NCBI RefSeq assembly: GCF_963921235.1
Contig: NC_086097.1
Coordinates: 199,828,001 to 199,892,000 of the forward strand
From: Mobula hypostoma
Taxonomy: Eukaryota
Reading direction: 5' to 3'
Length of the DNA stretch: 64,000 nucleotides
The position numbers and the translations under genes were made by a program. Under the pieces are notes generated by a model, which had not been told where the DNA came from, ran no database searches, and saw only the letters and a program-made list of their open reading frames with translations. Positions 41,070-53,780 of the stretch are shown piece by piece. How positions within the stretch are numbered: position 1 is the stretch's first letter; the number at the start of each line of letters is the position of its first letter.

Positions 41070-44000
41070 CGTTCTCAGGATTGCTGCCAGTGCTACGTGA
41101 TAGTGATGGTAAGAATTGGAGGAGATGGCAGTTGACTGTATGGCTGAGGAGTTGGTTCAGGGGGCAGGGTTTTAGATTTTTGGATCTTTGGGATTTCTTC
41201 TAGCGAAGGTGGGACTTGTAGAGATTGGATGGGTTGCACTTGAACATGAGGAGGAGCAATATCCTTGCAGGTAGGTTTGCTAGCATGGTTCGGGAAGGTT
41301 TAAACTAATTTGCGATGGGGATGGGATCCGGACCGATAGAGCAGTGAAATAAGTGCATGGAGTAAAGCCAGACCTAACATATAGAGAGGCTTTGAGGAAA
41401 GAGAAGCAGAATAAAGGGTGTAAAGGTAGGAAGGTAGAAGGGCTAAAGTGCGTGTAGTTCAATGCAAGAAGCATCAGGAACAAAGGTGATGAACTGAGAG
41501 CTTAGATACATACATGGAGTTATGATGTAGTGGCCATTACAGACACTTGGCTGGCATCAGGGCAGGAGTGGATTCTCAATATTTCTGGATTTCAGTGCTT
41601 TAAAAGGGATGGGGGTGGGGGAAGGGGAGGATGGGTGGCATTACTGGTCAGGGATACTATTACAGCTACAGAAAGGGTGGGTAATGTAGCAGGATCCTGT
41701 TTTGAGTCAGTATGGGTGGAAGTCAGGAACAGGAAGGGAGCAGTTACTCTATTGGGAGTATTCTATAGGCCCCCTTGTAGCAGCAGAGATACAGAGGAGC
41801 AGATTGGGAGGCAGATTTTGGAAAGGTGCAAAAATAACAGGATTGTTATCATGGGTGACTTTAACTTCCCTAATATTGATTGGCACCTGATTAGTTCCAA
41901 GGGTTTGGACGGGGCAGAGTTTGTTAAGTGTGTCCAGGACGGATTCCTGTCACAGTATGTTGACAGGCCGACTAGGGGGAATGCCATACTAGATCTAGTA
42001 TTAGGTAACGAACCAGGTCAGGTCACAGATGTCTCAGTGGGTGAGTATCTGGGGACAGTGACCACTGCTCCCTGGCCTTCAGCATTATCATGGAAGAGGA
42101 TAGAATGAGAGAGGACAGGAAAATTTTTAATTGGCAAAGGGCAAATTATGAGACTATAAAGCCAGAACTTGCGGGTGTGAATAGGGATGATGCTTTTGCA
42201 AGGAAATGTACTATGGACATGTGGTCGATGTTTAGAGATCTCTTGCAGGATGTTAGGGATAAATTTGTCCCGGTGAGGAAGATAAAGAATGGTAGGGTGA
42301 AGGAACCATGGGTGACAAATGAGGTAGAAAATCTAGTCGGGTGGAAGAAGGCAGTATACATGAGGTTTAGGAAGCAAGGATCAGATGGGTCTATTGCAGA
42401 ATATAGGGAAGCAAGAAAGGAGCTATAGAAGGGGTTGAGAAAAACAAGAAGGGGGCATGAGAAGGCCTTGGCGAGTAGGGTAAAGGAAAACCCAAAGGCA
42501 TTCTTCAATTATGTGAAGAAAGAAAGGATGACAGGAGTGAAGGTAGGACCGATTAGAGATAAAGGTGGGAAGACGTGCCTGGAGGCTGTGGAAGTAAGCA
42601 AGGTCCTCAATGAATACGTTTCTTTGGTATTCACCAATGAGAGGGAACTTGATGACGATGAAGACGATATGAGTGAGGTTAATGTTCTGGAGCATGTTGA
42701 TATTAAGGCAGAGGAGGTGTTGGAGTTATTAAAATACATTAGGACGGGTAAGTTCCTGGGGCCTGACGGAATATTCCCCAGGCTGCTCCACGAGGCGAGG
42801 GAAGAGATTGCTGAGCCTCTGGCTAGGATCTTTATGTCCTCGTTGTCTACGAGAATGGTACCGGAGGATTGGAGGAAGGCAAATGTTGTCCCCTTGTTCA
42901 AAAAAGGTAGTAGGGATAGTCTGGGTAATTATAGACCAGTGAACCTTACGTCTGTAGTGGGAAAGCTGTTGGAAAAGATTCTTGGAGATAGGATCTATGG
43001 GCATTTAGGGAATCATAGTCTGATCAAGGACAGTCAGATAGCTTTGTGAAGGGCAGATCGTGTCTAACAAGCCTGATAGAGTTCTTTGACGAGGTGACCG
43101 GGCACATAGATAAGGGTACTGCAGTGGATGTGATCTGTATGGATTTTAGTAAGGCATTTGACAAGGTTCCACATGGTAGGCTTATTCAGAAAGTCAGAAG
43201 GCATGGGATCCAGGGAAGTTTGGCCAGGTGGATTCAGAATTGGCTTGCCTGCAGAAGGCAGAGGGTCGTGGTGGAGGGACTACATTCAGATTGGAGGATT
43301 GTGACAAGTGGTGTCCCACAAGGATTTGTTCTGGGACCTCTACTTTTTGTGATTTTTATTAACGACCTGGATGTGGGGGTAGAAGGGTGGGTTGGCAAGT
43401 TTGCAGACGACACAAAGCTTGGTGGTGTTGTAGATAGTCTAGAGGATTGTCAAAGATTGCAGAGAGACATTGATAGGTTGCAGAATTGGGCTGAGAAGTG
43501 GCAGATGGAGTTCAACCCAGAGAAGTGTGAGGTGGTACACTTTGGAAGGACAAACTCCAAGGCAGAGTACAAAGTAAATGGCAGGATGCTTAGTAGTGTG
43601 AAGGAGCAGATTGATCTCGGGGTGCATGTCCACAGATCCCTAAAAGTTGCCTCACAGGTAGATAGGGTAGTTAAGAAAGCTTATGGGGTGTTAGCTTTCA
43701 AAGTCAAGGGATAGAGTTTAAGAGTCGCGAGGTAATGATGCAGCTCTATAAAACTCTGGTTAGGCCACACTTGGAGTACTGTGTCCAGTTCTGGTCCCTC
43801 ACTATAGGAAGGATGTGGAAGGATTGGAAAGGGTACAGAGGAGATTTACCAGGATGCTGCCTGGTTTAGAGAATATGCATTATGATCAGAGATTAAGGGA
43901 GCTAGGGCTTTGCTTTTTGGAGAGAAGGAGGATGAGAGGAGACATGATATAGGTATACAAGATAATAAGAGGAATAGATAGAGTGGATAGCCAGCGTCTC

Positions 44001-44281
44001 TTCCCCAGGGCACCACTGCTCTATACAAGGGGACATGGCTTTAAGGTAAGGGATGGGAAGTTCCACGGGGATATTAGAGGGTCTTTTACTCAGAGTGGTT
44101 GGTGCGTGGAGTACACTGCCTGAGTCAGTGGTGGAGGCAGATACACTAGTGAAATTTAAGAGACTGCTAGATGGTATATGGAGGAATTTAAGGTGGGGGG
44201 TTATATGGGAGGCAGTGTTTGAGGGTCGGCACAACAATGTGGGCCGAAGGACCTGCATTGTGCTGTACTATTCTATGTTCT
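41070..44281 (+). mobile_element. CR1 LINE (ORF1 C-terminus plus disrupted ORF2), same subfamily as 25809-28835
   Basis: SGLLPVLRDSD...AGRFASMVREGLN*; ORFs 41530-42108, 42435-43049, 43046-43714; tail ttctatgttct. Confidence 0.93.
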
Positions 44282-45032
44282 GTGCCTTGAAGGTTCTCTC
44301 TGCTGCACTATTTGTTTAGCTGAACATTTATCTCTGAGTTTCTACAATTTCTTTTCTTGCTGGCATGAAACATGGCCAGTAATGAGGAGTTGACCAGCTT
44401 TTGAAGCTCTACTTCTTAATATCTTTCCTAACTCTGGTTTTAAAAAAAATAGATCTTTTCAACTTTTTTTCTAATCATGACTTAGTTACAGCCTCTGGGT
44501 TTTTTAATTTCCACTTCTGATGAGGGATCTTTGACCCAAAATGTTTATTCTGTTTCTTTTTCCACAGATATTGCCCAATTTGCTGAATGTTCCTGGCTTT
44601 TTTTTAATACTAATTTCCTCTTCATCTGTTTAAATTTTTATTCATTGACAATTAGTTGCTGTAGCACTATATTAGACTGTGAAGTAACACTAATTGGCAT
44701 ACTCGTATTTGAAATCGTTTTTTTTTGCAGTTGAAATAAATACACTTCAAATCACAATTTAATTATTTCATTTAATGTTTAAAATTTGGCTTCTGGGTCA
44801 TGGTTGAATTGAGGTCAAAATTATATTTTCATGACAAAGACTTGACATTTCATGCTGAGATGTCGACTCTTTATTCCTTTTCATAAATGTTGTATGAACT
44901 GCGTTGTTCCTCCAGCAGTTTGTGTGTGTTGTTCTGCATTTCCAAAATCTGCAGAATCTCTTGTCTTTATGATATTTTCAGATCTTAAGATAATGAGGTC
45001 TATTTTAATTTGCAAGTCTGAATTGTTTATAG

Positions 45033-45084
45033 GGACCGTGGAACAAGAGCAATCCAGGTCAAGCTACTACGATCATTACTTATG
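45033..45084 (+). CDS. EFR3A: EFR3A coding exon (52 nt)
   Basis: ttatAG|G GAC CGT GGA...CTT ATG|GTaaga; DRGTRAIQVKLLRSLLM. Confidence 0.93.
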
Positions 45085-45194
45085 GTAAGATTTAAAAGAA
45101 AAAGTGTAAATAGGATTATTTAAATGGAACTTAGTTTTCTGATGAAATATTTCTATAGAGTAGTCCATATAAACACCATAGCTATATGCAGCTT

Positions 45195-46770
45195 CGGAAT
45201 CCTTCATCAGAACTGGAAAAAATGAGATGATATTGTTTTTTAAGCGGGGAAGGGTTGGAGAAAGCAATGGAATGTCTGAGAACGGATAGAAGCCAGGTTA
45301 TGAAGGTAACAACTTAAAAACTGGCAGTTGGAGATAAAAAGACAATTGAGATGGAGGAGTGCAGGAAAGTCTGTGGCCTGAGGGAGGAAAACATGAGATT
45401 TATCTGAAATTGTAAACTTCAGCTTTAAGTTCTGAAAGCTGTAATATCCTGGCAAACGCATTGCAAAACAAAAATGCCCCATTAAACATTGTTGGACCAT
45501 TGTTGAAGGCTGAAAATAGAGGGTAGAATGGAAATAGGATAGAGGATAAAAATTACAAAGACTGAAAAGTTAGTGTCACAGTTCTGCACTTAATAGAGGT
45601 TTCCCGCAAAACAATCATCTACACTGTATATTTTTCAATGAAATAGAAACCATATTGTGAGCAGCAAATGCAATGTGCAAGTTTGTAAATAGTGAAACTG
45701 AATTATACATCATATAAAAGGACCCTTTGATTCCTTGAATGATGAATAGAGAAGAGGTAAAAGGGCAGATAAATCCATTTCCCAAGACTGAATGGGAAAT
45801 TGCTATGAAAAGGTAAGATATTGCTAGAGATGATGGTGGACTTTGATTTGTGAAGGGAATATTCTTATCAAAAAGGAAAGATGTGACTGGTGACAGAATC
45901 CTGTTGGAAATTATAAAAGGATCCAAAATGAATGTGGAGAAAAGATGAGGACAGTAAATTCTTTCCTTTGTCTGGATCTGTGGAGAGAGGGTCAGCACAG
46001 AAATAAGGTTAATGGAGAAGGTGTGATTGAAAGCCTGTAACTGTGGCGAGAGAACCACAATTAAGGCACTGGTATGAAAAATCTCAGCATTAAAGAAGAT
46101 ACAATGGATGTGGTGCTTAGAAGACCAAGAAGGTGTAGTTGAAACAGTTGTAGAAGTCAGATGGTTTTTTAATGGATATTGGTAGCTAACCTATCTGCTG
46201 AGATGGACATTTATATATAAAAAAAAAAGGAAAGGAAGGAAAGGGATTTGCCTGTATGGTCTATGTAAACAAGACACAAGCCCAGAAATTGACGGCAAAG
46301 ATAATGAAGTTTTTATTCATTCTGTTCAAGCTTAGGAAGCAGTATCAGTACAACCATCAATGTACCAGAAAGAGTTGAGGGAAGAGAATCACATCAAACA
46401 AAGAGGCAGACTTAGCTTGAGCCCCCGTAAGTTCATAGTTACACTTATTTTCATAGAAAATGAGTATATTTGTGTAAGGGGTTGTTCAATGAATATGTTC
46501 AGCTAGCTAAGGGAGAGTGGAGGCGAAAGGAGACTGAGTTTTGTTCAAAGAAGAGGCAAAAGGTTTTCAGAGCTTTATGTGGGATGCTGGGAAAGAAGGA
46601 TTGAACATCCATTGTGAAGATGAGTCAACTGGGACCAGGAAACTGGAAACTGTTTAGGTTACTGGAATACAAATTGGAATGAATTAGACAAAGGTTAAAA
46701 GATAGAGTCCTGGAAGGGAAAGAAGTTCTGTGAATCAAGAACATGATGTGGAACATCATCCTACGTGAGT
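45195..46770 (-). mobile_element. Old degenerate Penelope-like element
   Basis: Reverse complement starts ccagttctgatgaagg (hammerhead-core remnant); purine-rich 3' UTR complement; decayed CPFTSSLFIIQG region like 14700-14800. Confidence 0.55.
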
Positions 46771-46792
46771 ATAGATTAACTATATATAACAT

Positions 46793-47960
46793 CAGGGGTC
46801 CCCAACCTTTATTGCAACAGGGACCGGTTTATAATTCACAATATTCTTGCGGACCGGCCGACAGGGGGTGTGGGGGGGGGGGGTAAGGTTCCCAACAGAC
46901 AAGAGTAGCAGTCAAATATGTTGTGTTTACCTCGAGAAAGACTACAATGACCATGAAGCCTTGCGCTGGCACGAGTGCGCATGCGTGTACGTGCCGATTT
47001 TTTTTTCTACAGATCGTTTTTGGCGATTCTGTTTGGGGGAGGCGGTAATCACGACTGGAATATAGGTGATAAGTGGCTAATACACTCAATTTCATTTCGA
47101 AAAGGGTTTCTCTAACGAATTTAATATTAAACACACGGCGCATATTTTCCTCACATGGATATAGTGATAAGTCAATTATCAGGGGAGGACAGGGGAGCTT
47201 GAAGTAAGTGTTGAACGAACTTCCAGTAGAAGTGATAGAGGCAGGTTCGATATTATCATTCAAAGAAAAACTTAATAGCTATATGGACAGGAAAGGAATA
47301 GAGGGTTCTGGGCTGAGTGCAGGTCGGTGGGACTAGGTGAGAGTAGCCTTCGGCACGGACTAGAAGGGCCGAGATTTCCGTGCTGTAACTGTTAAAATGG
47401 TTATACAAGTCACTTATAGGTCAATAGCATCATAACATTTTAAGTAACGTTTGGATATTAAACACACAGCACATATTTTCCCCATATGAACATATAGAAT
47501 CATTGCAACACACCAATATTGCTGAATCAGTGGGAGCCCTGGGCTTGTTCCCTGCAACAAAATGGTCCGATCGAGGGGTGATGGGAGACAGCGAACCTCG
47601 AAGGGGGTTCCTTATGTCCAGTCTATTCCGCAGTTTAGTTTTCATTGTATTCATTGCAGAGATATGTTGGAAATGGAAGCAACGTTTTCAGTGCTTTCGT
47701 GGCTAACTCAGGATATTCAGCCTTGACTTTGATTCAGAAAGCCAGCAGAGATGTTATGTCAAACATACTTTTCAGCCCGCCGTCATTTGCAAGCTCGAGG
47801 AGTTGATCTTCTTCCCACACTGACATGGATGAGGCTTGCATAATGACCTCGCGTTTGTTCAAGTTCAACAGTGGGCGTGGCGGGGAATGAGGAAAGGTGC
47901 AGCTGATTCATATCGCTAAATCATATCATTTCCTTGCGGCCCGGTGGTTGGGGACCGCTG
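46793..47960 (-). mobile_element. Internally deleted hAT (Charlie/Buster-type) element
   Basis: TIRs caggggtccccaacc / ggttggggaccgctg; perfect 8-bp TSD tataacat (46785-46792, 47961-47968); minus-strand dimerisation-domain remnant KAEYPELATKALKTLLPFPTYLC...KTKLRNRLDI. Confidence 0.92.
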
Positions 47961-48247
47961 TATAACATTACTGGAAAAAGGTCAAAAAGAAAATTTGGCT
48001 TTTTTTTGTGGAAATCTGGTGCTATTTTGTACTGCTGATTTTATTTTACATAAAATACTCTTTAGAATGTACAAGTACAGAAAATAAATAGTTTAGTGGC
48101 AGATGAGCATAAGAGACTGACAGTTAATTTTGGTAAGTATGTACCTGCAGTAAGTTTCACAAATAAGTAAACAGAATATAAAATGAGACTTTTTTGTCCA
48201 TAAGCCTGAGAGGTAATTAAATTGTTTACTATTTTTAATTAATACAG

Positions 48248-48420
48248 GTAACTTCAGGATACAAGGCCAAAAGTATAGCAGCTGCACTTCCTTCTCCATT
48301 TTTAGAGCCAATATTATCAGTTTCTTTAATGGAAGACAGTGAGCTGAGATTACTTGTCCTGTGTATTCTACATAGTCTTATTGATCGTCATGAGAACAAA
48401 GCGAAGTTCAAAGAAATGAG
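48248..48420 (+). CDS. EFR3A: EFR3A coding exon (173 nt)
   Basis: atacAG|GTA ACT TCA GGA TAC...ATG AG|GTaaaa; VTSGYKAKSIAAALPSPFLEPILSVSLMEDSELRLLVLCILHSLIDRHENKAKFKEM. Confidence 0.95.
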
Positions 48421-48604
48421 GTAAAATCAGTTTGTTGGAATATTATTACAGATCTGTGTCTAATTTCATACATTTGAATGTAGGATTCTGGATTCATGTT
48501 GGTTTGAAATTTCTGGCAAAGTAAATTAAGTTGGGTCAAAATCTGAATTAAATTGTGTCGTGTTTTTGAGAGTGCACTGTCATGGAAGTTTATCTCCCGT
48601 CTAC

Positions 48605-48735
48605 TCTGTCCTGGTGCGGAGTTTTGACCTAAACTGTTGTCAATTCCTTTCCCCTGCAGGTGCTGCTCAGACCGCTGAGTTACTCCAGCAGGTTGTTTGT
48701 TTGTTCTAGATTCCAGCATTTACAGTCTGTTGTTT
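48605..48735 (+). mobile_element. Old Penelope-like terminal-repeat fragment
   Basis: gtgctgctcagaccgctgagttactccagca...ttccagcattt, matching the tail family. Confidence 0.6.
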
Positions 48736-49287
48736 CACTCTTGCTGTAAAATATTCTTGGATGAATTAAATGGGAAATGCATGGTGGTTTAACAAAAAAA
48801 AAAGTGAAGGTGTGACATTGTATATGAAATATGAATTGTCCAGCAGACAGCAGTGGTGCTGGGTTACCAACCTATAGACATAAGCAGCATCAAATCAGTT
48901 TATGTAGTTTAGCAAGATTATTAGAACTAGTGTTGTGAGTAATCTTACAGTATAATGTTGAATAGCAATATTGTATAGGTTGAAAATAACTTGAGTTGCA
49001 CATCCTTGAACTATTATTCCATTTATATTTTGAAAATCCTGCTTTGTCTAGTAGTTAAGTTTCCTTTAAAGGCTGCATGCATGAAATATATTGATGGAAA
49101 CTATTTATATCAGGTTGTCACTTATGAGTTTAATGGTCAAATACAACTATAATTAAAATGGTAAAGTAATGTAAAGGTTATTTCAAAACTGTTCATTTAA
49201 GATCCAGCATATTATTGAACTGTCATTTGTATTTGCTTTAGTGTCCTGTTAAATTATTCACTAATATTTCCGTTCTTTTCTAATCAG

Positions 49288-49363
49288 AATCATCCCAGAT
49301 GTTTCAGCACTGAAGATAAAAAGAGACAAGAACTCAAAGCAAGACATAAGTTTCATGAAAAAA
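49288..49363 (+). CDS. EFR3A: EFR3A coding exon (76 nt)
   Basis: aatcAG|A ATC ATC CCA GAT...ATG AAA AAA|GTaatt; IIPDVSALKIKRDKNSKQDISFMKK. Confidence 0.95.
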
Positions 49364-51607
49364 GTAATTGACATAATTATGTATTTCATTTTGCTTGTAA
49401 TGAACAGCTAATTCAAAACGTTGAAAAATGTCACAGGCATTAGTTAGGCTTTTGAGTTAATGTACTGGTGTATTCTTGTAGTTCCTCAAACAAGACAATT
49501 TCTCAGGCTGATATTCTAAATTTAAAAGTTCTAAGAAAATCCTGAAATTGTTCAGGAATTACTTCTATCCTTGTTTGATTCTGTGGACATTGGCTCTATG
49601 GTTCATGACCCTATATTTGCTCTCCTGCACTTTCATATGAGTCTTTCAAGTTTGTATATGGGCTAGAAATCAGTGAATGAATCTCCTTCCACCATCAGCA
49701 TATTAATCTGTTTCTGATTTCCCTCTTGTTTCGACTTCTTTCCCTGCCAACTTACCCACGTATCTCTATCAGTACACCTGTTCTCACATCATCTATTCCA
49801 TGTGGTTACAAGTTATATATTCTTTGCTGACTTTATTAGTGACTTTCTTGGCCCTCAGTTTGGACTTCTCAATAAAGTGGGACCTTTCTTTTCATCCCAA
49901 CCTGTGAGCCCCTTTGCCCTTTTCTGATTAAAGGCCTTAATCGGGTCCTTTCTTTTTTCCAGAGGCTGCTATAGAATTTGGTCCAGCAATTGGTTTCCGA
50001 ATCATTCTATTTCATTCTTTTATTTCAATTTTCAGAATTTCAGTGATTCTTTATACTCTCTTATTGTATAGGCTGCCTGAAGTTTTAAACACTTCGTATC
50101 AAAATGTGTTCTCTTTACAAGTAACCTTTAGTCAAAAAACAAAATTTAACCAAATTTTCTCAGCCAGTCAGGTAGAACTGAATAGCTGGGGTCCATAATC
50201 TTTTTGTTAATGGGCTTTAATGTAAGTTTTGTGAAAACTCAGTTGCTTCAGAGTCTTTTCACTTAATTGTTGACAAACTCTTCATTTTAACCAATTAGTC
50301 GTTTGCAGTACAACATAAACAAGTATGAAGCCTGGTTTTACATTATTGGCAGGTACTGAAGATACCAAGCTCATGTACTTGACCTTAATGGAAACCATGG
50401 TAATTTGGACCAGTGGAATAGATGAGAATAGAAGGATTGCACCCATAATGTTATATTTTGTGTTGTTGTACAATACCACACATTAATGTCAATAGAGTTC
50501 AAAATGCTCTTAAGCATCTGCACTTAATAGAATAGAAAAATCTACATTCTCTTCCTTTGCTGCCTGACTTGTAATATATTGATTGGATTCTGCTGCCTGG
50601 GCATCTTTTAATGGTGAATGTTATGAAGACCCCCTCCTTGCCCCATTTTAATTTTAGCTGAATGTTAGGCTTTTGTGAGTATAATTACAAAGCCGACTCT
50701 AGAGTAAATGAGTATAATCATTTTATGATAAAGCAATGTTATGATTCAACATAATGGGAACTTTACATAATAGTCCTTAGCACATTTCCTGACACTAAAT
50801 TGACTTTGATAAGCTAAAGATATTAAGAGCTAGATATCGTTTTTGGTAGTTGTTTTACAAAATATATTGCATTCACTGTGGATTTTAAAACAAAATCCTG
50901 TAGTTTTATTATTTTCAGCCAACTCTCTCACAGATGATTTAACAAAACATCTAAATTGCTAATTGTTTCAATAGTGCAGTTGGTAATAGTTCTATTGTTA
51001 GATTGTTCAAGATAATGAACAGTTTGTTTCTACTAAAAATGTAATTTCATTTGAGAAATTGCAATACAACAGAAGAAAGCAGGAAAACTGAACATTATTG
51101 CAGGAATTTTCAGCAATAGAATTTTTGATGGCTTCTGGGAGATTACTGGAATGAAGTTGGTGCAACCAACAGATCTTGTTGGAATCATCAGCTCTAAACC
51201 ACATAGGTCAGTGTGCTGTCCTTTATACAGTGAAAAATTGATGATGAGGAGGTAACGTTAGGGAAATTTGACAGCTCAGTGGTTGTGGAGGAATCAGTAA
51301 AGGTTTGAAATGTAAGGATAGTGGTGCTGAATCTGCCTGGGTTTCTGGGAGTGAAGTTGCTTCCAGTGCAAACAAAAACCTTGTGTACAGAACAGATTGC
51401 AGTCAATAATTTTGTTACAAAGAAATTGCTTCTCATCACTGATTATCAAAAAATGTCTTTTGAATAATGAATTTCAAAGACCAGAGCAGTACGCTTTGTA
51501 ATGATGTTGGGCAGTTACTATAATGGTCATGTGCATTTACTGAAGTGCATCAGTCATTAACAATTTTCTGATCATAACCTGCAGTTTAATCTCATTCCAT
51601 TTTTCAG

Positions 51608-51769
51608 CAAGGACAGCAGTTATACAGACACATTTATGTGGGATGCAAAGAAGATGATAATGAACAGAAAAACTTTGAATCCCTATTCATTGCTCTCGTA
51701 CTTATTACAATAGAACTGGCCAATGATGAAGTGATTGTGGACTTGATTCGTCTTGCTCTAGCTATTCAG
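51608..51769 (+). CDS. EFR3A: EFR3A coding exon (162 nt)
   Basis: tttcAG|CAA GGA CAG CAG...ATT CAG|GTacag; QGQQLYRHIYVGCKEDDNEQKNFESLFIALVLITIELANDEVIVDLIRLALAIQ. Confidence 0.95.
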
Positions 51770-51832
51770 GTACAGTTCACAAATATGTTTAAATCTATAG
51801 TTTAGTATTGAAAATGATAAATGATTGAAAAT

Positions 51833-52495
51833 GGAGGAGGAGAAGATGGCGCGGCAGCAGCGCGCGCAGCCACTTCGGTGGTGATGTCTGTTATCTGTCA
51901 AGTAGGGGACCGTGCACAATTCTGATTTGATGGAGACAGAAGTGAGAGCATGGAGGAACATCTGGAAAACTTCTGAAATGCCCGCTTCGCTGCCGTTGCT
52001 ACTGTGTGGTAACCGGAATCTCCGGAGCAGAAGGCCCCGAAATCTTCGGCTTTGCGTGTTTTCAGCAGCCGGGCGAGGTCGAAGGCACACGGGAGGCTGT
52101 ATCGGAGAGGCTGGTCGGAAGCTCGAATTTTTCGGACGGATGGACTCAGTATCGGCTGTGGTCGGCTGCTTCCAAGGCATCGGCAAGTTGACGGTGCCTG
52201 GAGGTTTATGGCAGGGAGTTTCTCCCTTTTGCTGCCTGCTATCAGGGACTCGGGAGTCGATCGACTCGGAAACTTTTGAGACTTTATTTACCGTGCCCAT
52301 GGTTTGTTCTTCATCAAATTATGGTATTGCTTTGCACTGCTGTAACTATATATAATTATGTGGTTCTGTCAGTGTTAGTCTTTGGTTTGTCCTGTTTTCT
52401 GTGCTATCACTCCGGAGAAACATTGTATCATTTCTTAATGCATGTATGCATTTCTAAATGACAATAAAAAGAGGACTGAGTGTTCTCATAATCTA
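51833..52495 (+). mobile_element. CpG-rich non-autonomous retroelement (aagatggcg head, Rex/L2-like aataaa...aatct tail)
   Basis: Abrupt GC/CpG-rich block in an AT-rich intron; no credible protein; ends aatgacaataaa...ataatct. Confidence 0.6.
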
Positions 52496-53780
52496 AAATA
52501 TTTTATAATTAACAACTGTATGTTAAATTAGTGCAAATGATTGTATTAATCAAAATTGTTGTATGGAAGGAATTGACTAGGATGTAATATCTAAAACATA
52601 AGTATTGTTAATTGCAAGCTTTTAGTTTATCATTTTAAATGTGTCAGTTGATACACTAGGCTCAGGATTCTGCATAGGACTTAGTTGTTATTCCATTTGC
52701 AAATTATGCTCAATATCGCAGTTCTTTCCCACAGTAAATTATGTACATAAGCTAATACAGTGGATCAAAATGTTATCATCAAAAGCTATTTCAATAATTG
52801 AAAACAATTGTTTCTAAAAAAAAAATCCACGTGGAGCCTTTTATTTGTTACACTGCTGTATTATAACTTTTATATTTGATCTGTAGAAAATTGTGCATTA
52901 TTAATGCGGTTAGGTCTTTAAAATTTATGAATGAAGCTGGAGACAGAAACATAAGAACTTAAGAAATAACGGTGGTATGCCATATAGCTTTTTGAAATAC
53001 CTTCACCATTTCAATAAGGTTGAAAGCCTAATTTGGTCTTGTGTGTATTCAGCGATTCAGCACCTCCATAGTTCCTTGGCTCTGAATACCAAAGGCTCAT
53101 CATCTTCCTCATCTTCATCTTAAAAGAGCAATCATTATTGTGAAACCTTGCCTCTTTATTCCGGAATCCAACCACTCCATCCATCCACCAACACCCCTAA
53201 CCCCTATCAATTTAAACACCCACTTAGATACTGAGGCCTTGATCTACTTTAATGATTAGGATATGGTCAGCACCTGCATAATTTTTTTGAACTAGCAGAA
53301 AAATCAACCGAAACTCAATTTGCACTGGAATTAAAAATGCTTAAATTTCCTTGATATTTTATATCACAATTGATTGAAAAGAAAACTCGCAACCTTGTAT
53401 CTACGTAGTGATTTTATTGTTTTGCAAAACCTCTTAAAAATGTGTTGAATGACATGGATGATGATTACATAATCTACTGTTATTTGGAAAAGCAAAATCC
53501 ATGTCCTCATTAATTATTTCTAAACATCTTGTCCTTTGCATAATTTCCTAATATATAAAACTTCCATTAGCTCCAATACATCAGGGAGTTCAATTTGGTC
53601 ATGAAAATCTCCATCATTCAGTTGTGACATTGAAGACACACTTCTCAGATTGAAATTCAACAACGTATTACCCTATATTAGGAGTGAAATATAGAAACAT
53701 AGAAAATAGGTGCAGGAGCAGGCCATTCGGCCCTTCGAGCCTGCACCGCCATTTATTATGATCATGGCTGATCATCCAAC

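Noticed and set aside
51758..52355. 180-aa and 147-aa ORFs
   Set aside because: Arise from a GC-rich repeat with few stop codons; no recognisable domain
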